NCBI GenBank assembly: GCA_963693365.1
Contig: CAVNZM010000004.1
Span: 13,191,088-13,255,087 of the forward strand
Source of the DNA: Amoebidium appalachense
Taxonomy: Eukaryota; Protista; Ichthyosporea
Reading direction: 5' to 3'
DNA: 64,000 bases
The translations under genes were made by a program, and so were the position numbers. Numbering within the stretch: position 1 is the first letter of the stretch; the number at the start of each line of letters is the position of its first letter. Shown piece by piece: positions 1 through 30,771 of the stretch. Under the pieces are notes generated by a model. That model was not told the origin of the DNA. It worked only from the letters and a program-made list of their open reading frames with translations, and made no database searches.

Positions 1-361
1 AGGAAAAAGTGGAATTTAGATAAGGGGGGTTGAAGGAGGGCAGCTAGAACTCAAAATGGGATTATGCATGTACAGCAAAGACATCGGGTAAAAAGGTGAA
101 CGTTAGTTTTCATTAAGCGAAAAGAAGATGCAACCAAAACAAGGTAAGTGATATCACATCACAGATGTAGGATACTCTTCGTGGACATCATGGACGTCAG
201 CGAAGTCCTTCTTGTAATATGCACATATCAGCACGAAGTTTCCTTGAGTTACACTACGACGGGAAGACGGAAATTAAGAAGGATGATAAAGTGGGGGGAG
301 GGTGTTGACCCATCAAGAAAGCACATTTATAGCGCTGGTGTATGGTTCCCAAATACAGTAC

Positions 362-2298
362 CTTGCCGTTTGCGTAGACAATGAGGTTGAATGACTTGTC
401 AAACCAACGGTCGAAGCCCTTGCCGTGCAGCGACAGCTTGCCGTGCTCCGTCAATGTGTCGGGGGCCTCCGAGTCCAGCACCAGTACAAACATGGCCTTC
501 TCGATCAGCTGCAAAGGATTGGAGGATACGTGTCAGCGCACAGTCCAGCTCCTGGCGCCCGCAATATGATCATAAAAATGTTTTCTCCACACATTCCTTA
601 ACAGGCTAACTTTACTGTTTTAGCCTTGCCTCAAAGAGCTTCAAATCGATACAGTATCCACACCCAGCATCTCAGTTGCTTAACAAGTGTTGCAACAGAC
701 ACAATCTACATAATAAGTTCAAAGCCCTCCGAGGCCGGGACCATCCTTCGAAACGACCGGCAGACTGACGAAACGGTGATCGATCAAAAACTACGGACAT
801 CTGCAAACAGTGCGATCGAATGTGAAAGGAACGTTGGTGATTTAGGGGCTTGCAGGAGACCACAGACAGGCGGAAGTCCGAACAACAGACGTGAACAGAA
901 GACCGAACAAAAGACACGAACAAGGGAGAAAAAAAGAAAAGAACGACGAAAAGTTTCTACAGACACCTACAACAGTGTGATCGAAAGGTGAAGGAAACCT
1001 TAATGAGAGGGGAGCTTTGCAGGAAACTACAGACAGGAAGAAGTACGAACTATAGACGCAAACAAGAAAGAAAGTGGGTTCGAACCCCACTTTCATCATT
1101 TTTTTCTTTTCTTTTCATAACGACCGACGGACCGAGCAAAACGGTGATCGATCAATAACTACAGACACCTGCAAACAGTGTGATTGAAGTGCGATGGAAG
1201 CCTTTAGCCTATCAGGTGCTTGAAGGAAATAGGAAGAAGTAAAAACAAACGGCGCAAACAAAAAAAAAAAAAAAAAAAGAAGAAATGATGAGAGTGGGGT
1301 TCGAACCCACGCCCCCGAAGAGACTGGTGCCTAAAACCAGCGCCTTAGACCACTCGGCCATCTCACCGTTGTGATAGGTCGAGCCCCGCGTGCTAATCAT
1401 GGAAACCCACGCTTCCTAAAAGGCAGGTGCCTAAAACCAGCACCTTCATGAGAGCACTGAAGTACCTGCACTCGGATGACCAAGCCACTGGGGGACTGGG
1501 GTTACGGCAAAAAAGTGCAGCGGGCCGTACAAGTTCATTTCGCGATCAGTGCCATATTGTCACCAATCATGACTCCCATGTCATCCGACCGCAATCATGA
1601 CAGCTTCCCATCATGGGGCCTGGGGCCCGCCTTGCCTCCCGGCGTCCGGCAATGCGTGCACACACCAGCAAGAAATGCCCGCCGGCTTAGTCCGTAAGGC
1701 ATCAAATGATCATGAAAAGGGAGATGAGGGGAGGAGGGAGGAAGGGTTTGGGGAAAGTCAAAGACACGCACCTCGAGGGACTGGCGGTTGACGCCGTGGC
1801 TGAAGAAGACCTCCCGTGCCTCGGCCCACTTGTCTCGGTCCAAGCCCGTCAGTGCCGCCACCTGCTGCTCCGTGGCCGACGGCTCCTTGGTGCTGGCCTC
1901 CTCCGCGATCCGCTCAAGCTGCCTGCACACGTCGACTGAATGTCAGGAATATTGGCACTTGGTAAGGAGGGCTCAGAGGTTCGGATCCAATCAATATTTT
2001 TGTTTTGTCAGCCAAATGGAAGGGAACAAGACACCCTGAAAGACAAAATCTAGACAGAGCTTCTCGACCACTAATCGATAATGTCCATTAGAATGTGTCA
2101 GTAACCACCTGTGGTAGTTGCTGCTCGCGGCAGCCTGAGACGCCAAGGAAAAACGGAAATCATGGTTGTAATTGATATCCAACAGGACATAAATACACTT
2201 GCGGAAATGCAACAGGTTGAAGCTTACATCGTAAGCCTGCACAAGTTTCGGCTTGCCGTGGGTGGGTGTGATGGTGAATGGCTTTTTTTTTTTTTTTT

Positions 2299-2361
<63 letters not shown>

Positions 2362-2786
2362 GATTTTTGCATGTATTTGTGCTGTGACGTGGTCACCGTG
2401 AGTCGAGGTGGTGGGGGGCACCGGCGGGGCGGGACGGGGCGGGAGGGGGGTGGGGGTAGAATCTGTGTGTAACAACGGGCGCAGGGGGCAGGGAGGAAGG
2501 GGGAGGGGAGGGGGGGTTATACCCTTCGATCTCGAAAGCATGGAGCGGCTTGCCGAGGTCGCTGTAGAGTTCGAGCACAAAGTAGCTGCCCTTGACGAAG
2601 ACCACAATGTGCCGTGACTCGTTACGGTCCAGGTGCACTGGGTGGGTATGTGCGGTGAGTGCGTGCGTGTGATTGCATGTACGTGTTTTAGTGCCGGCAG
2701 GCTGCTTGTGTGTGCGCGTAGGCGCATGCAAATGTATGTGTGCTGGGGTGTTCATACACCGTTTTTTGTGTTGTGCATGCCTTTTG

Positions 2787-2820
<34 letters not shown>

Positions 2821-2921
2821 CTGTGCGTGGATTCGCTGAAAGACTGCTCGTGTAGATAACGGGCTGGCCAAGCATTTAAAGGGGCTTTTTGTTTGTGGAG
2901 AGAGTTGAAGGCAACCGGGGG

Positions 2922-2962
<41 letters not shown>

Positions 2963-3516
2963 GGAGTGCACAGTACGGAGCACGAATTTACAACGGATGA
3001 CGCTACACACACCTATCATCCACAGTATTCACATTTCAACCCACCCCCTTCTTGCCCGATTTTCAACATGGCGGGAAGAGGGGAGGCAAGTAAGGAGTGT
3101 TCTTTTTACTGTGGCGGGGGAATGGTCCAAGGTGCATAACGTATGGGGTAACGGTAGCAACGTTTTCATATGCGTGCCATGACAAGCTATACCTCAAGAT
3201 CTCAAATGAATTTTCATTGGTGGTATTCCATTTTCTCTTTTTCTCTATCGTTGTCTCATACCCCTAATTTTCTGGAGATATAAGGGAGGGGTAGGGAGTG
3301 GGGGTTGAGTACAGATTTGGTCACCGCCCTTCTTTGGTATGCGTGTGGTGGAGAACATGCGGCGGTACTGCTCCATGCACAGGGGCACCGTGTCACGGAT
3401 CACCTGCACAGCACATCATAAGCACACAGGACACACCAAGGCAGGCAGGGCAAACCCTGGTGAGTGTGCAACAAAAAAGGTAAGGAGGGCAGGGTGGACA
3501 TCGGCGGGAGGGGGAG

Positions 3517-3556
<40 letters not shown>

Positions 3557-3668
3557 TGAATGCGCCATAAAGCACAAATTAACAACGAAGAACACAACAC
3601 AGATCGCAAACTTGGCAAAGATTATGCATATTAAGTTGAAGGAGGAGGGGTAGGGGTAGGGGTGGGGT

Positions 3669-3707
<39 letters not shown>

Positions 3708-3982
3708 GAGGGGCAGGACTGGAACAGTGACAGTCTGGGGACAAGACACAAATATACGACGAACCAGTAAAAGCCATCGTGAATGGATGACTTGAGGTGG
3801 TGTGCATTGTGCATGTTCTCTAAAAGAATGCAACCCCTCCCACGTCCTACAACCTGCCCCCTCCCCCCCCCCCCCCCCCCCCCCCCTCCCCCCCCTTCCG
3901 AGTAAAAGCTGGGTACATGTCTTTGACAGAGGGTTCCCACTCCAACCCCCCCCCCCTCCCCCTCCCCCCCAAAAAAAAACAT

Positions 3983-4016
<34 letters not shown>

Positions 4017-4956
4017 AAACTGGCACGCTTGCATAAGCCTATAACCTCTGCCACTACCCCACGTTAGTACTGTTTAAGCACCGAGATCCCAGGGGCCGGA
4101 GCCAAGGCAAGAGCACGAAGAATGGGAGGCACTCACCAATGGCTCGAGGGTCTCACGGTCCACCGACTGCTTGAACCGGAGAATGGCTGAGATCAGGCCG
4201 GCAGCCCGGGAGCACGGGTGGTGGGTGGGGATGATGTTGACCACGTCACTCACATAGTAGTTGCTGTGTGTGTGTGTGTATGTGTGTGTGTGTGTGTGTG
4301 ATCACAGTGTAACATATCAGCATGGGTAGGTCTTTTAGCAACAGAGAAGCCATTGGGAGGGATGGGGAAGGGGGGTGGGGGGGGGGGGGGGAGCACAAAA
4401 AATCAAGGGATTTCAAACCATCAACTGGTCTAAGCTTGCATTACTCTGATGACCATGATAGGGCAGAAACGCACAACCATAGCACACACCCAAGTCACCC
4501 TCTTATCTTCGTTCCCCAGTCACACCTGCATGCGTGACACACACACGCCCGAAACGCGCGCGAGCACACTCACACACTCTCATACACACACACTACATAC
4601 CTGTTGATCAGGATTGGGGCCCGGGGGAAGAGGTAGACATAGCGCTCCCACCAGTCTGTCACCTGCTCGGCGTATGGTCAGAATGGGCTGCAGGCACAGG
4701 CACAGACACATGTTCAACCCCCCCGGTCGGGGAGGGGGGGGGGGGGGGGGGGGGGAGGGGGTTCCGGGCCCCTAATATTTCGCGGCACAAGTCGGGGTGG
4801 GATGCTCGAAAGGGGGGTGAAGGAGAAGGGTGGGGCGCGGGGTACACACTATTTTGTAACGGTTAGGAGGAGATTTGCAATGGATTGGGGGGGATGCACT
4901 TCAAAGCGTCAACAGGGAATCGGGAATCGGGGGGGGGGGGGGGGGGGGGGGGGGAG

Positions 4957-4987
<31 letters not shown>

Positions 4988-6174
4988 GGGGGGGGAGGGG
5001 GGTTTGCCATTTTTTTTCGACGGGGGTAAGAGCCAGGGGGGTGGGGGATACACGCTGTTTCGACTAGGAAAGGGGGGGGGGGGGGAGGGGGAGAAGGATA
5101 GGAGCAAAATGAAAAAAGAAAGGTTACATGCAAATATTTTTAGGAACATGCCACTCACATAGTTGTCAGCCAGCCAGGACTTGAGGACCAGATAGCGCTG
5201 CAGGCGAGGCCCCTCTGTCCTGAGGAAGGCTGCGGCAAGGCTCTTGTTCTTGGCCACCTGTGCACGTGCATTGTGACCATGAGCATCCTGCATGTGCATT
5301 CAAACAGAGTAACGGCATGTCCATGCAACTTGGTGGCTCCCTCAGATTTCGCATGTCTATCAGGGATGTGCTTGTGCTCATGCCGTGCCTATCTCTTATC
5401 GGCCTCCCCTCAACCCGTCCCAGACCAATCCCCCCCCCCCCCCCCCCCCCCCCACATACACACCCTGCCCTTCACCACGACACTGGACAAACCTCCCACC
5501 CTATTGGTCGGCACACAAAGAAAACTAATGCTACTGGTGTAAAAGCTAGTAAGTCTAGTAAGTCAGCAAGGCCAGCTACAGACAAGAACGACTCCGGGGT
5601 GGAGGGGCAAGGTTGAGTGAATACAGATGGTCCATCCTGAAATGTTTCGATCTGACTGATGCATGCATGCAGGTCCCTGATTCGCAAATTGATTTGTGAT
5701 TTGTTCGCACGCGTACGGAAACTTGTAAAACCAAGGCTTCTAGGATGGAGATTAGGGGTGGTGGGTGGATAATGGGTGGGTGGCATGGTGGCAGTGCGTG
5801 GGCTTTGAGGCTGTTGGGGGGGAGGGGGGCAGGCGGGGGGATTAGGATCATTAGGGGAAGTGAGTGCGTAATGGGTGGGTGGTATGATGTCGGTGGGTGG
5901 GTTGGGGACATTTTTTGGGAAGGGGGAAGAAGAAGGTTTTGAGCGGATAGAGGGGGCAAAGGGCAGGCACCTCAGCCGGAGGGAGCACAGACTCGATGGA
6001 TGTGAGGTAGCGGTCGACAGTATCCTTCAGGCCAGGGACTGAGGCAGGCCAAACAAGAGGGGGGGAGGGGGGAGGGTTGGGGGTTGAGGGGCAGTGTAAT
6101 GTAATATGGAATGTTAGGTGCCGGTTCACATTGATAAAAAAACACAAACTTAATGCTCTGCCGTGTTGGTTACC

Positions 6175-6211
<37 letters not shown>

Positions 6212-6646
6212 CCCTGCCCCCCACCCCTCTCCCCCACCACCACCACCACCACCACCACACACACCCCCGGTCCTAAGCCCCTTATTCCCTTTTGCAAAAA
6301 CAAACACAAATTTAATGCTCTGCCGTGTCAGTTACCAGCATTCCCTCCCCCCCCCCCCCCCCCCCCCCCCCCCTTTCCTCTCCCCCCTCTCCCACACCAC
6401 CACCACCACCACCACCACCGCACCACCGTCACCCACACCCTCGGCCCCAATCCCCTTTATTCCCTTTTTGCAAACGTTAAACTTCCCCACCCTCTCACAT
6501 ACTGTACCCCTCCCAGATACTTCTGTTTAGCCCCTCTCTCTTGGTCTGCACCACCGTACCCTCACCCTCACTCTAACAATTACAACGGCATGGACTCTTA
6601 CCCCCCCCCCCCCCCCCCTTCCCCCCCCTTTCCTTCCCCCACGCCA

Positions 6647-6692
<46 letters not shown>

Positions 6693-7270
6693 GGCCAGTC
6701 CCTTCCTCTAAACATGAAATCCGTACCTTTCCATTAACACTCTCCCTCCTTCCCCCCCGTTTCCCACTTCTTCAAACTCCTCTCGCACCATGCAGATGTG
6801 TTGCTAGCGGCCATGCTCTGCAACCTCCCCCTCCCTTCCCCCCCTCACAACTCCCCCCCCCCCCCCCCCCAACCCCCCGTTAAGCGGGGCGAAAATCAAA
6901 CACACATACCGGGGAGCTGAGGCAGAGAGCGGCTGAAGCTGAACAGCAGAGGGTGACGGCCAGTAAGAGCTTGCACCAGGGCCTGCAAATGATTGGTCAG
7001 CGCACCGTGTGCAAGACGGGGAGTGTGTGTGCATATTCCCCCCCTCCTCCCCCCTCCCCTTCCCCTCGTGGAGGGGGGGGGGGGGGGGGGGGGTACTGGG
7101 AGAAGGAAGGGGGAGGGGGTTGGGGGTTTGAGGCGAAGGGAGATTGGCCTCTTGCATGTTTCAATGCACCCTAGCCGAGCAATACTCAACCCGACTTAGG
7201 GCATCGAACACAGAGGCTTGAAAGGCATGATGTGGTTTGTAGGATGTGGACGACATGTTATTGTGACGTG

Positions 7271-7309
<39 letters not shown>

Positions 7310-7570
7310 TCGAGGCTCAGTTTAGCACATCCAACCCTTGTATTCAGAAATCCTGTCATCACCCTGCCTTACCCTCCAATCCCCCCACCCTCTTCCTTAC
7401 ACCAATATATGAGAAACCCAAACCTTAACATCACTTGATCATCCTGATTAACGAAGATCTTTCCGTGCTGGAAATCCTCCCCCCTCCGCCCCCCTTTTTA
7501 CCTCCATCTCCCTTCACCAACCCTCCCCCATTCCTCCTTTCTTGCTCTCTCCCCCCTTCCCCCCCTTCCG

Positions 7571-7606
<36 letters not shown>

Positions 7607-8902
7607 CCGCCCCTCCCCCCAATCACCACACCCCCACAAGTCCCACCGACAAAACTTTACACCAAGCCCGTTCAATCAATACACCATGCATTCCATCCAA
7701 CCAAGAACAAAAATAATCCGTCCAAATTCGACACCACAAGACCCAAGAACAGCATACAAGCACACACAGCACACTCATGGCACGTACCCCCCAGAGCAGC
7801 ACCCGCTTGCTCTGTGTGCGTGGCTGCTGGTAGAGCCATCCACGGTAGGACAGGAGGGTGCGCAGGGCCATGCGGCGCAGCACCAGCAGAGAGAAGAACA
7901 CCCCCGTGCCAGCAACAGCAGACGTGATGGCCACACGCCCAATGCGCTGCCCGGCCCTATAGTGCAGGTTGCAGATCAGCTTGGTGCATGTTAGGACAGG
8001 TATAGCAGTGATGACCACTAGCCACTACGGCAGCCATTTCTCTTGCTTCGTTATTATGTACGCGCAATGCTGGGTTAAACACGATTACCTTTTCTTCGGT
8101 GGTATTAAACTGTTGGCTAGAGACAAACAGAATTTAGATTTGGCTAGGCAAGGGGAACAAAGGACAGATATGTGACAACTACAAGCTTGAGCTTCGTGGG
8201 CCGTGGAGGAAGGCCTTCCGGAAACTTGCGGAGGAGGAGGCGCCGGGGGGGGGGGGGGGGGGGGAGAGAGGGGGGGGGGGGGGGGAAGAACCAGGGGGGA
8301 GAGGCGTGTGGGGAGGGGGGAGGGAGGAAAGGGGGGACAGGGGAGGGGGGTAACTTACCAAGACGGGAGCTGGTTGGCAAAGCCCCAAAGGCCCTGCCTG
8401 ATAGCCCGAATCCCGGGCAGGTTTCCAGCACGGGCAGACATCATCACGGCAGGAGGGGCACAGACTGAGAAGAAGTAGCTGAACCAAGAATGGGGGAAGA
8501 TGGCGTTCTTGAGCTCATTGCGGAAGTCATAGACACGCCGTTTCATCATGCGCAGGAACTGAGAGAACGTGAAACATGAGTGGGGAGCCGGTGCTTGAGA
8601 AATAAAGCAGAGGGAGAATATGCCTTAAGATCCTACAAGCACCCCTGCCGCCAACCAAATCAATTCCAATGCACTCGGGAATCATGTATCTTCGTGCACC
8701 CCATACACAATTCTACCACACCGAAAACTTAGTACGAGGGATCCAGAACCACAGCCAAGGAACGAACACCTACACGGATGAATGACTTGCGGAACGAAAT
8801 GCTGAAGATGTCGTCGTCATCTTGCTGCAGCACAATCTTGGTCGGCTTCTGTCCTGGAATCTCCGAGGACAGAAGGTGGACGGCGGCATGGGCCTCAGCC
8901 AT
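362..8902 (-). CDS. CPT1: Carnitine O-palmitoyltransferase 1, 5' part (12 exons; gene continues past the window start)
   Basis: Phase-consistent GT-AG exons: 8902-8774, 8558-8359, 7956-7788, 6982-6910, 6038-5971, 5257-5159, 4662-4601, 4263-4137, 3403-3313, 2637-2523, 1922-1772, 508-362. Translation shows CPT1 hallmarks: N-terminal MAEAHAAV, hydrophobic segments, [70 protein letters not shown] and HGKGFDRWFDKSF. The catalytic His exon lies outside the window. Confidence 0.95.
752..1260. repeat. Three degenerate tandem units (~115-200 bp) next to the 3' side of the tRNA-Leu
   Basis: The core CTACRGACAYCTRCAA(A)CAGTGYGATYGAA recurs near 791, 957 and 1159; AAACGGTGATCGATCAA occurs near 771 and 1139. 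Confidence 0.75.
1074..1098 (+). pseudogene. Inverted 3' fragment of tRNA-Leu (T-arm plus acceptor strand)
   Basis: GTGGGTTCGAACCCCACTTTCATCA is a 24/25 match to the 3' end of the tRNA at 1286-1367, in the opposite orientation, and is followed by a T-run. Confidence 0.8.
1286..1367 (-). tRNA. tRNA-Leu(UAG) in a CPT1 intron, same strand as the host
   Basis: GGTGAGATGGCCGAGTGGTCTAAGGCGCTGGTTTTAGGCACCAGTCTCTTCGGGGGCGTGGGTTCGAACCCCACTCTCATCA: 82 nt, long variable arm, anticodon stem CTGGT/ACCAG, A and B boxes, downstream poly-T terminator. Confidence 0.97.
1402..1475 (-). pseudogene. Degenerate partial copy of the tRNA-Leu
   Basis: AACCCACGC...GGTGCCTAAAACCAGCACCTT...CACTCGG aligns to the T-arm, anticodon arm and D-arm of the adjacent tRNA, with substitutions and an insertion. 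Confidence 0.6.
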
Positions 8903-9530
8903 GGCGCCCTACCACCCCCAGAGGGAGGCCTTCTCCTTGCTGCTTGAGCGTCCTATACGATCAACCTGGTATCTGAGGTTGGCGTCAACATCTTATGTCT
9001 AGGCACGTGCATGGCACAACTATGGGCTGCTGACCGAGACTTCTACACCTTTCACTACAGATTTTGTACAGCGTCCTCCACGTACTTTCCTCTTCTCACA
9101 TACAAAAGCTGGGCATACGTCGAACTGCCAGAGAATTTCTCGGGCAAATGTGTGGCCGTAAAAGGCCCTGCACTACAAAGGCGCTATGTCCAGCCCCCCC
9201 TCCCTCCCTCCCCCCCCCCCCCCCCCCCCATACCCCCCTCCCCCACACCCCCTACCCTCCCCCCACACCCCCTACCCTCCCCCTTCCTTCCCCTCCTTCC
9301 GCTCCCCCTACACTCCCTTCCACCTTCCCCCCTTCCCCCTCCCCGAACCCTCTTCCTCCCCCCCACTAATTTGCCCTGGCACTCTCCTCCTTCCCCTTCC
9401 TCTCTGGCTCCCGTGCCCCCTCAAAAGCCCCTTTTCCACCTCGTAACCTCTTGTTAAGCTTCCCTCTTCTCCTCTCTTTATCCCATGCTCTGGAATATCT
9501 TCCAGGTGTACACCCGCTACTCTTAAAACA

Positions 9531-9603
9531 CCACTTAATAAGGAGATTCAAAGGGAAGTAAGTACACCATTCAATGAGGAGATTCAAAGGGAAGTAAGTA
9601 CAC
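9531..9603. repeat. Two-copy ~37-bp tandem repeat
   Basis: AGGAGATTCAAAGGGAAGTAAGTACAC occurs twice in tandem. Confidence 0.85.
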
Positions 9604-10269
9604 AAGAAACTAAACACAGACCTTTTCAGCACGTTGCAGGCCCCAAACAGACCAAACCGTTTGTCCCACAAAGCAAACTGCAATTGAACTGTTGAACTGG
9701 GGTTTGCGCTTTTTGTTGTTAGTCCCCAGTAGAGCGAGGTAAAAAAAGCATCAATGCACCGCAATGGGCACGCGTACTATGTACTCCCGAGTAATGAGTA
9801 ATGCATGGTATGGACTCATGGACTGAAAATTCTGACCGGTCATACCACCTTAGACAAAGCTCTGTGCTTCCTCTAAAAGTAAGCAATATATTACCGAGGG
9901 GTTATTCACCATTTTATACAGACTCACATGTATGGACTTTGTGCACCACTCCTGCCGGAAGGCTATCGTGCACTGAGAGGACTGAGATTGAGCCACCGCT
10001 GCTTTTTTTACCGCGCTCTATGAAAACATGAAACCAATGAGATGCAGCCAATTTGTCTGTATTTGGCAACGTTTTGAGCGCTTTGATTAGCAACGAACTG
10101 AGGTATTCATTTGGCACTGGCTACGGTAACACAATACCGTGATCATATACCAACAAAAATAGAACTAACTGGCCATTTGCATTCTTTTTGCCAATGAATA
10201 TATGTTTACCAGCACCGGCCCTCGAAGCTTCTAACCGTTGAAACGGTCCAATCAATAGAGCTTTCACGT

Positions 10270-10729
10270 GGAGCGCTGAGAAACACCCTATATTGCGCAA
10301 TAAGGTCAGTATTATTACCGTTTTCATTCATACCGTAATATTACCAAGTTTTACCTTAGGATTAGGACACAAAGCGGCCGACCATTCAATACTATCACGG
10401 TAATAATACGCCGCCCGCCAAATTTTCGGGTGTGAGGTTTTGGTAATAATTTCGGTGGTAGTACCATCCGGATCCTATTACCCGTAATAGAGATGATTAT
10501 TAACCATTTAGCACTGTAACTTAGATGATATAAATCTAAGACTTTTTACAAAAAAAAAAAAAAAACCAAAAAAAAAAAAAACCACTGTCACAGTATATTT
10601 TAGTGACATTCATATATATGGAGCTTGGAACTGCATGCATAGAACATGCATATGTATAGGTACGTACGTTTTCATAGTACACATGTACACATGTTTAAAT
10701 GCATATATATGCAATAATGTGTACACGTA

Positions 10730-10775
<46 letters not shown>

Positions 10776-11615
10776 TATATATATATATATGTGTGTGTGT
10801 ATATGTATATGTGAGATACATATTTAAATATACATTATGTGTGTCGACGTCCGTCAAACTAGGCCACCTTATCAGAGTTTCAGTTATCTATCTACACCGT
10901 TGGGATTGTTTTTTAGCTCAGATTTGGTCTGCATTGCTCTTTTAGAGGCTGACTTGCTTGCTGTACCTCGGTAGGTTTTGAGGGGGGCCTGTTGGGAAGG
11001 AGCAGTAATGATGTCTTCTTGCGGAGTGTGGTCTGGTCAACATCGATGCACATGACTATTTAGAGCAAACTAGTTTCACGCATAAACGTACACTTACGGT
11101 TTTGCCCGCTGTTGTCCTTTGTCACTTGTCGCTTTTATTTCGTAAGCTTTAACTTTTTCAGTTCTATTGGTGGTTATGTAGCCTGTGGCTGCACGTTGCC
11201 TTCATAAACGGATCAATAAACCCGGGTCAAAAGAAAATATACATAAATGCATGCATGTACTATGACACATCATTTTACAACAAACCAAAACAAAATAACA
11301 GAAATAACAGAACCGCATCCAGCCTATTTATGTGTACTATATTTGAGTTTGCAATCGCACACCTAGGCCTGAAGCGTCAGCCGATCTTTGTAGACATGAT
11401 GTTAATCGAATCAAATTGTTTATAACTATTATTTAACGTTGTTAACGAATCACTATACACTTTTATGTCCGTAATAACACCAAAGTTTTGCCGACTTGAA
11501 GGGGCGTCCCTTGTAGTAATACGATATTATTACGAGAGGGTAAAAGCCCATTTTCGCTTATTATTGGTAATTATTGGTGATATTACGGTAATGCCCGATT
11601 TCTGGGAGCGCTCAG
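10270..11615. mobile_element. Probable non-autonomous DNA transposon with degenerate inverted ends
   Basis: The left end GAGCGCT...TACCGTAATATTACCAAGTTTTACC resembles the reverse complement of the right end, GAGCGCT...TACCGTAATATCACCAATAATTACC. Both ends carry many TATTAC/GTAATA motifs; the interior is AT-rich with (TA)n. No TSD could be resolved. Confidence 0.5.
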
Positions 11616-13578
11616 TCACGCAGTGACGTAGCACAAGGGCTATAGCTAAGTCAACAAAACAAAACAAGTAGTACTGTAGGCCACAATAGTTAGCAACGGT
11701 TGGCAAGTTGCAACCTGCAGTACTATAGTAGGTACAGTAAAGCCTCTAGGCTAAAATAATCTCTATTGAAGATCTAGAAACCATTTTGGGTTTGTCCGAA
11801 GTTTCCCACACCAGAAGCTATTCTGATGTCACAGTGCCTGGATTTTTGTAGAAAAGGGCTTGGTACATGTACTTCCGAACAATTTTATCAATACTGTACC
11901 GATTTTCCGCGAGATCGAGCGGGTATACGTAGAATAGCTCCGGGTGTTAACCACATTTCTGTGTTCCCTGGGACTTGTGTGGCAGAGCCGACATTGTCTG
12001 CAGTTGTGCGTCAAGTGAGTCACTAGTACTTGTTACATGTTTCCAAGATTACTTCCCCTGGTGTTGTCATCCGGAGGGCAGCATGTTAACTCACATGTAC
12101 ACTTGTGCAGTTGCTAGGATCACGGGGCTGTTTGGTGATGGTCTTTATTGGTCCGGTGGGCCGGGCTTGTGCCGAAATGGCGACAACTAGACGGGGTACA
12201 CAACCCTCAACCTGCATAATCCAATATAATTACGAGAGCGGTTGGGAGGGTCAATTATGGATTTCCGTGTTCTTGATTGGGTACATCTATAAAGCAGCAC
12301 CAAATAAGGTGGTTGAGACAGTGGGCTCGCTTGCTCCACAATATAACCTAGCACTGGTACCAGTGTGAGGCTGTAGGGGAAGCGAGGAAGGGGGGGAGGG
12401 GAGGGAGGGGTCAAAAGCTAGCATTGAATAAAGTGCGCTATTGTAAGAAATAGCCACTGCACAACTTAGTACTATGTACCGACCGTGCGTACACGTATGG
12501 GCAAAGCACACACGATAGAAGGCTGCTGCTGGGCTCTACGAGATGTGTTTGCCATATGCTGAGGGCACGTTTGTTGAACCTCATTTAGCTTGATTTGCAC
12601 CATCAAAAGCACGTGCGTTCTGGCCACTTGTAGTAGTGATGAGGGACGGAGGGATTCCGAGGGGGAGGAGGGGGAGGGAGGGAGGGGGGATGGCTGGGGG
12701 GGGGGAGAGAGAGAGAGATAAAGAGAGAACTGGCTACGCGTACGCGGTGGTGGTTTTGGGAACGAAGGTGGTGGTGGAGCGAAGGTTCGTGTCCGGTGGA
12801 TCCTTTGCCAACTGTTATATCCGAGTGCTTTCCAGTTATGCAAGTGGGTGGCGTATGCGTATTCGACTACGGAGTGACAAGGACCTCCACTGTGATCACC
12901 GCGGTCGCCAACAGCGGCAAGTTGGAAAGCAACTCCGCCCTCGGACAGCACTTGTAGGCCTCAGCAGCTGCACAGTGGCTGGCTGCAGCCTAGCCTGCAG
13001 CAGCTGCTTGCTGCAGCTATTGCAAATATATGCAGCTGAAGCCGGCCCCAGCCGCCGGCGGGTGCCGGGGCCCGGGGCGGTGACCGTCGGGTGACGCCGC
13101 TTGCTATTCGCTACATTTTGCGCAACTAAAAAGTAAAACAATGGATTGGTTGATACACTTACGCAAAGCATCTAACAGACCACGTTTACTCGCTGAATTC
13201 TCACTGAAGTCTTCAAGCGAGCCTGGGACTGATTTGTACATGTACCGTACCAGGCGAAAGCGCCGGGCGTAGTTCCTAGGCCAGGGTGCATGACCGTGGT
13301 GGCCATCGCTCTGTGGAATAGTGCCTAGGTGGATGAGCAGCGAAAATTATTATATGTGGTCCTAGCGGTGTCGAAATTGACCCCCTTCATATCAGGTCAT
13401 AGTAAGATGCCTCGCTGACTGATAGGGTGGCTCGATAGTTTCGAACGCTGAGGCGTCGCACACGGTCTTGGGCTAATAACGAGGCCTTCGTTAGGGTGCA
13501 TCGGGAGTTCTAGGTGCCGTGCATTTAACATCCACACAACACGAGTCGGTGCCGCTTTAGTTCTGGAGCAGCGCGATT

Positions 13579-30771
<17,193 letters not shown>

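Noticed and set aside
752-1260. CRISPR-like repeat-spacer array
   Set aside because: The units are long and degenerate, without invariant repeats or unique spacers, and no cas genes are present.
11826-13171. Short ORFs between CPT1 and the PPR gene
   Set aside because: No recognisable domain and no consistent exon chain.
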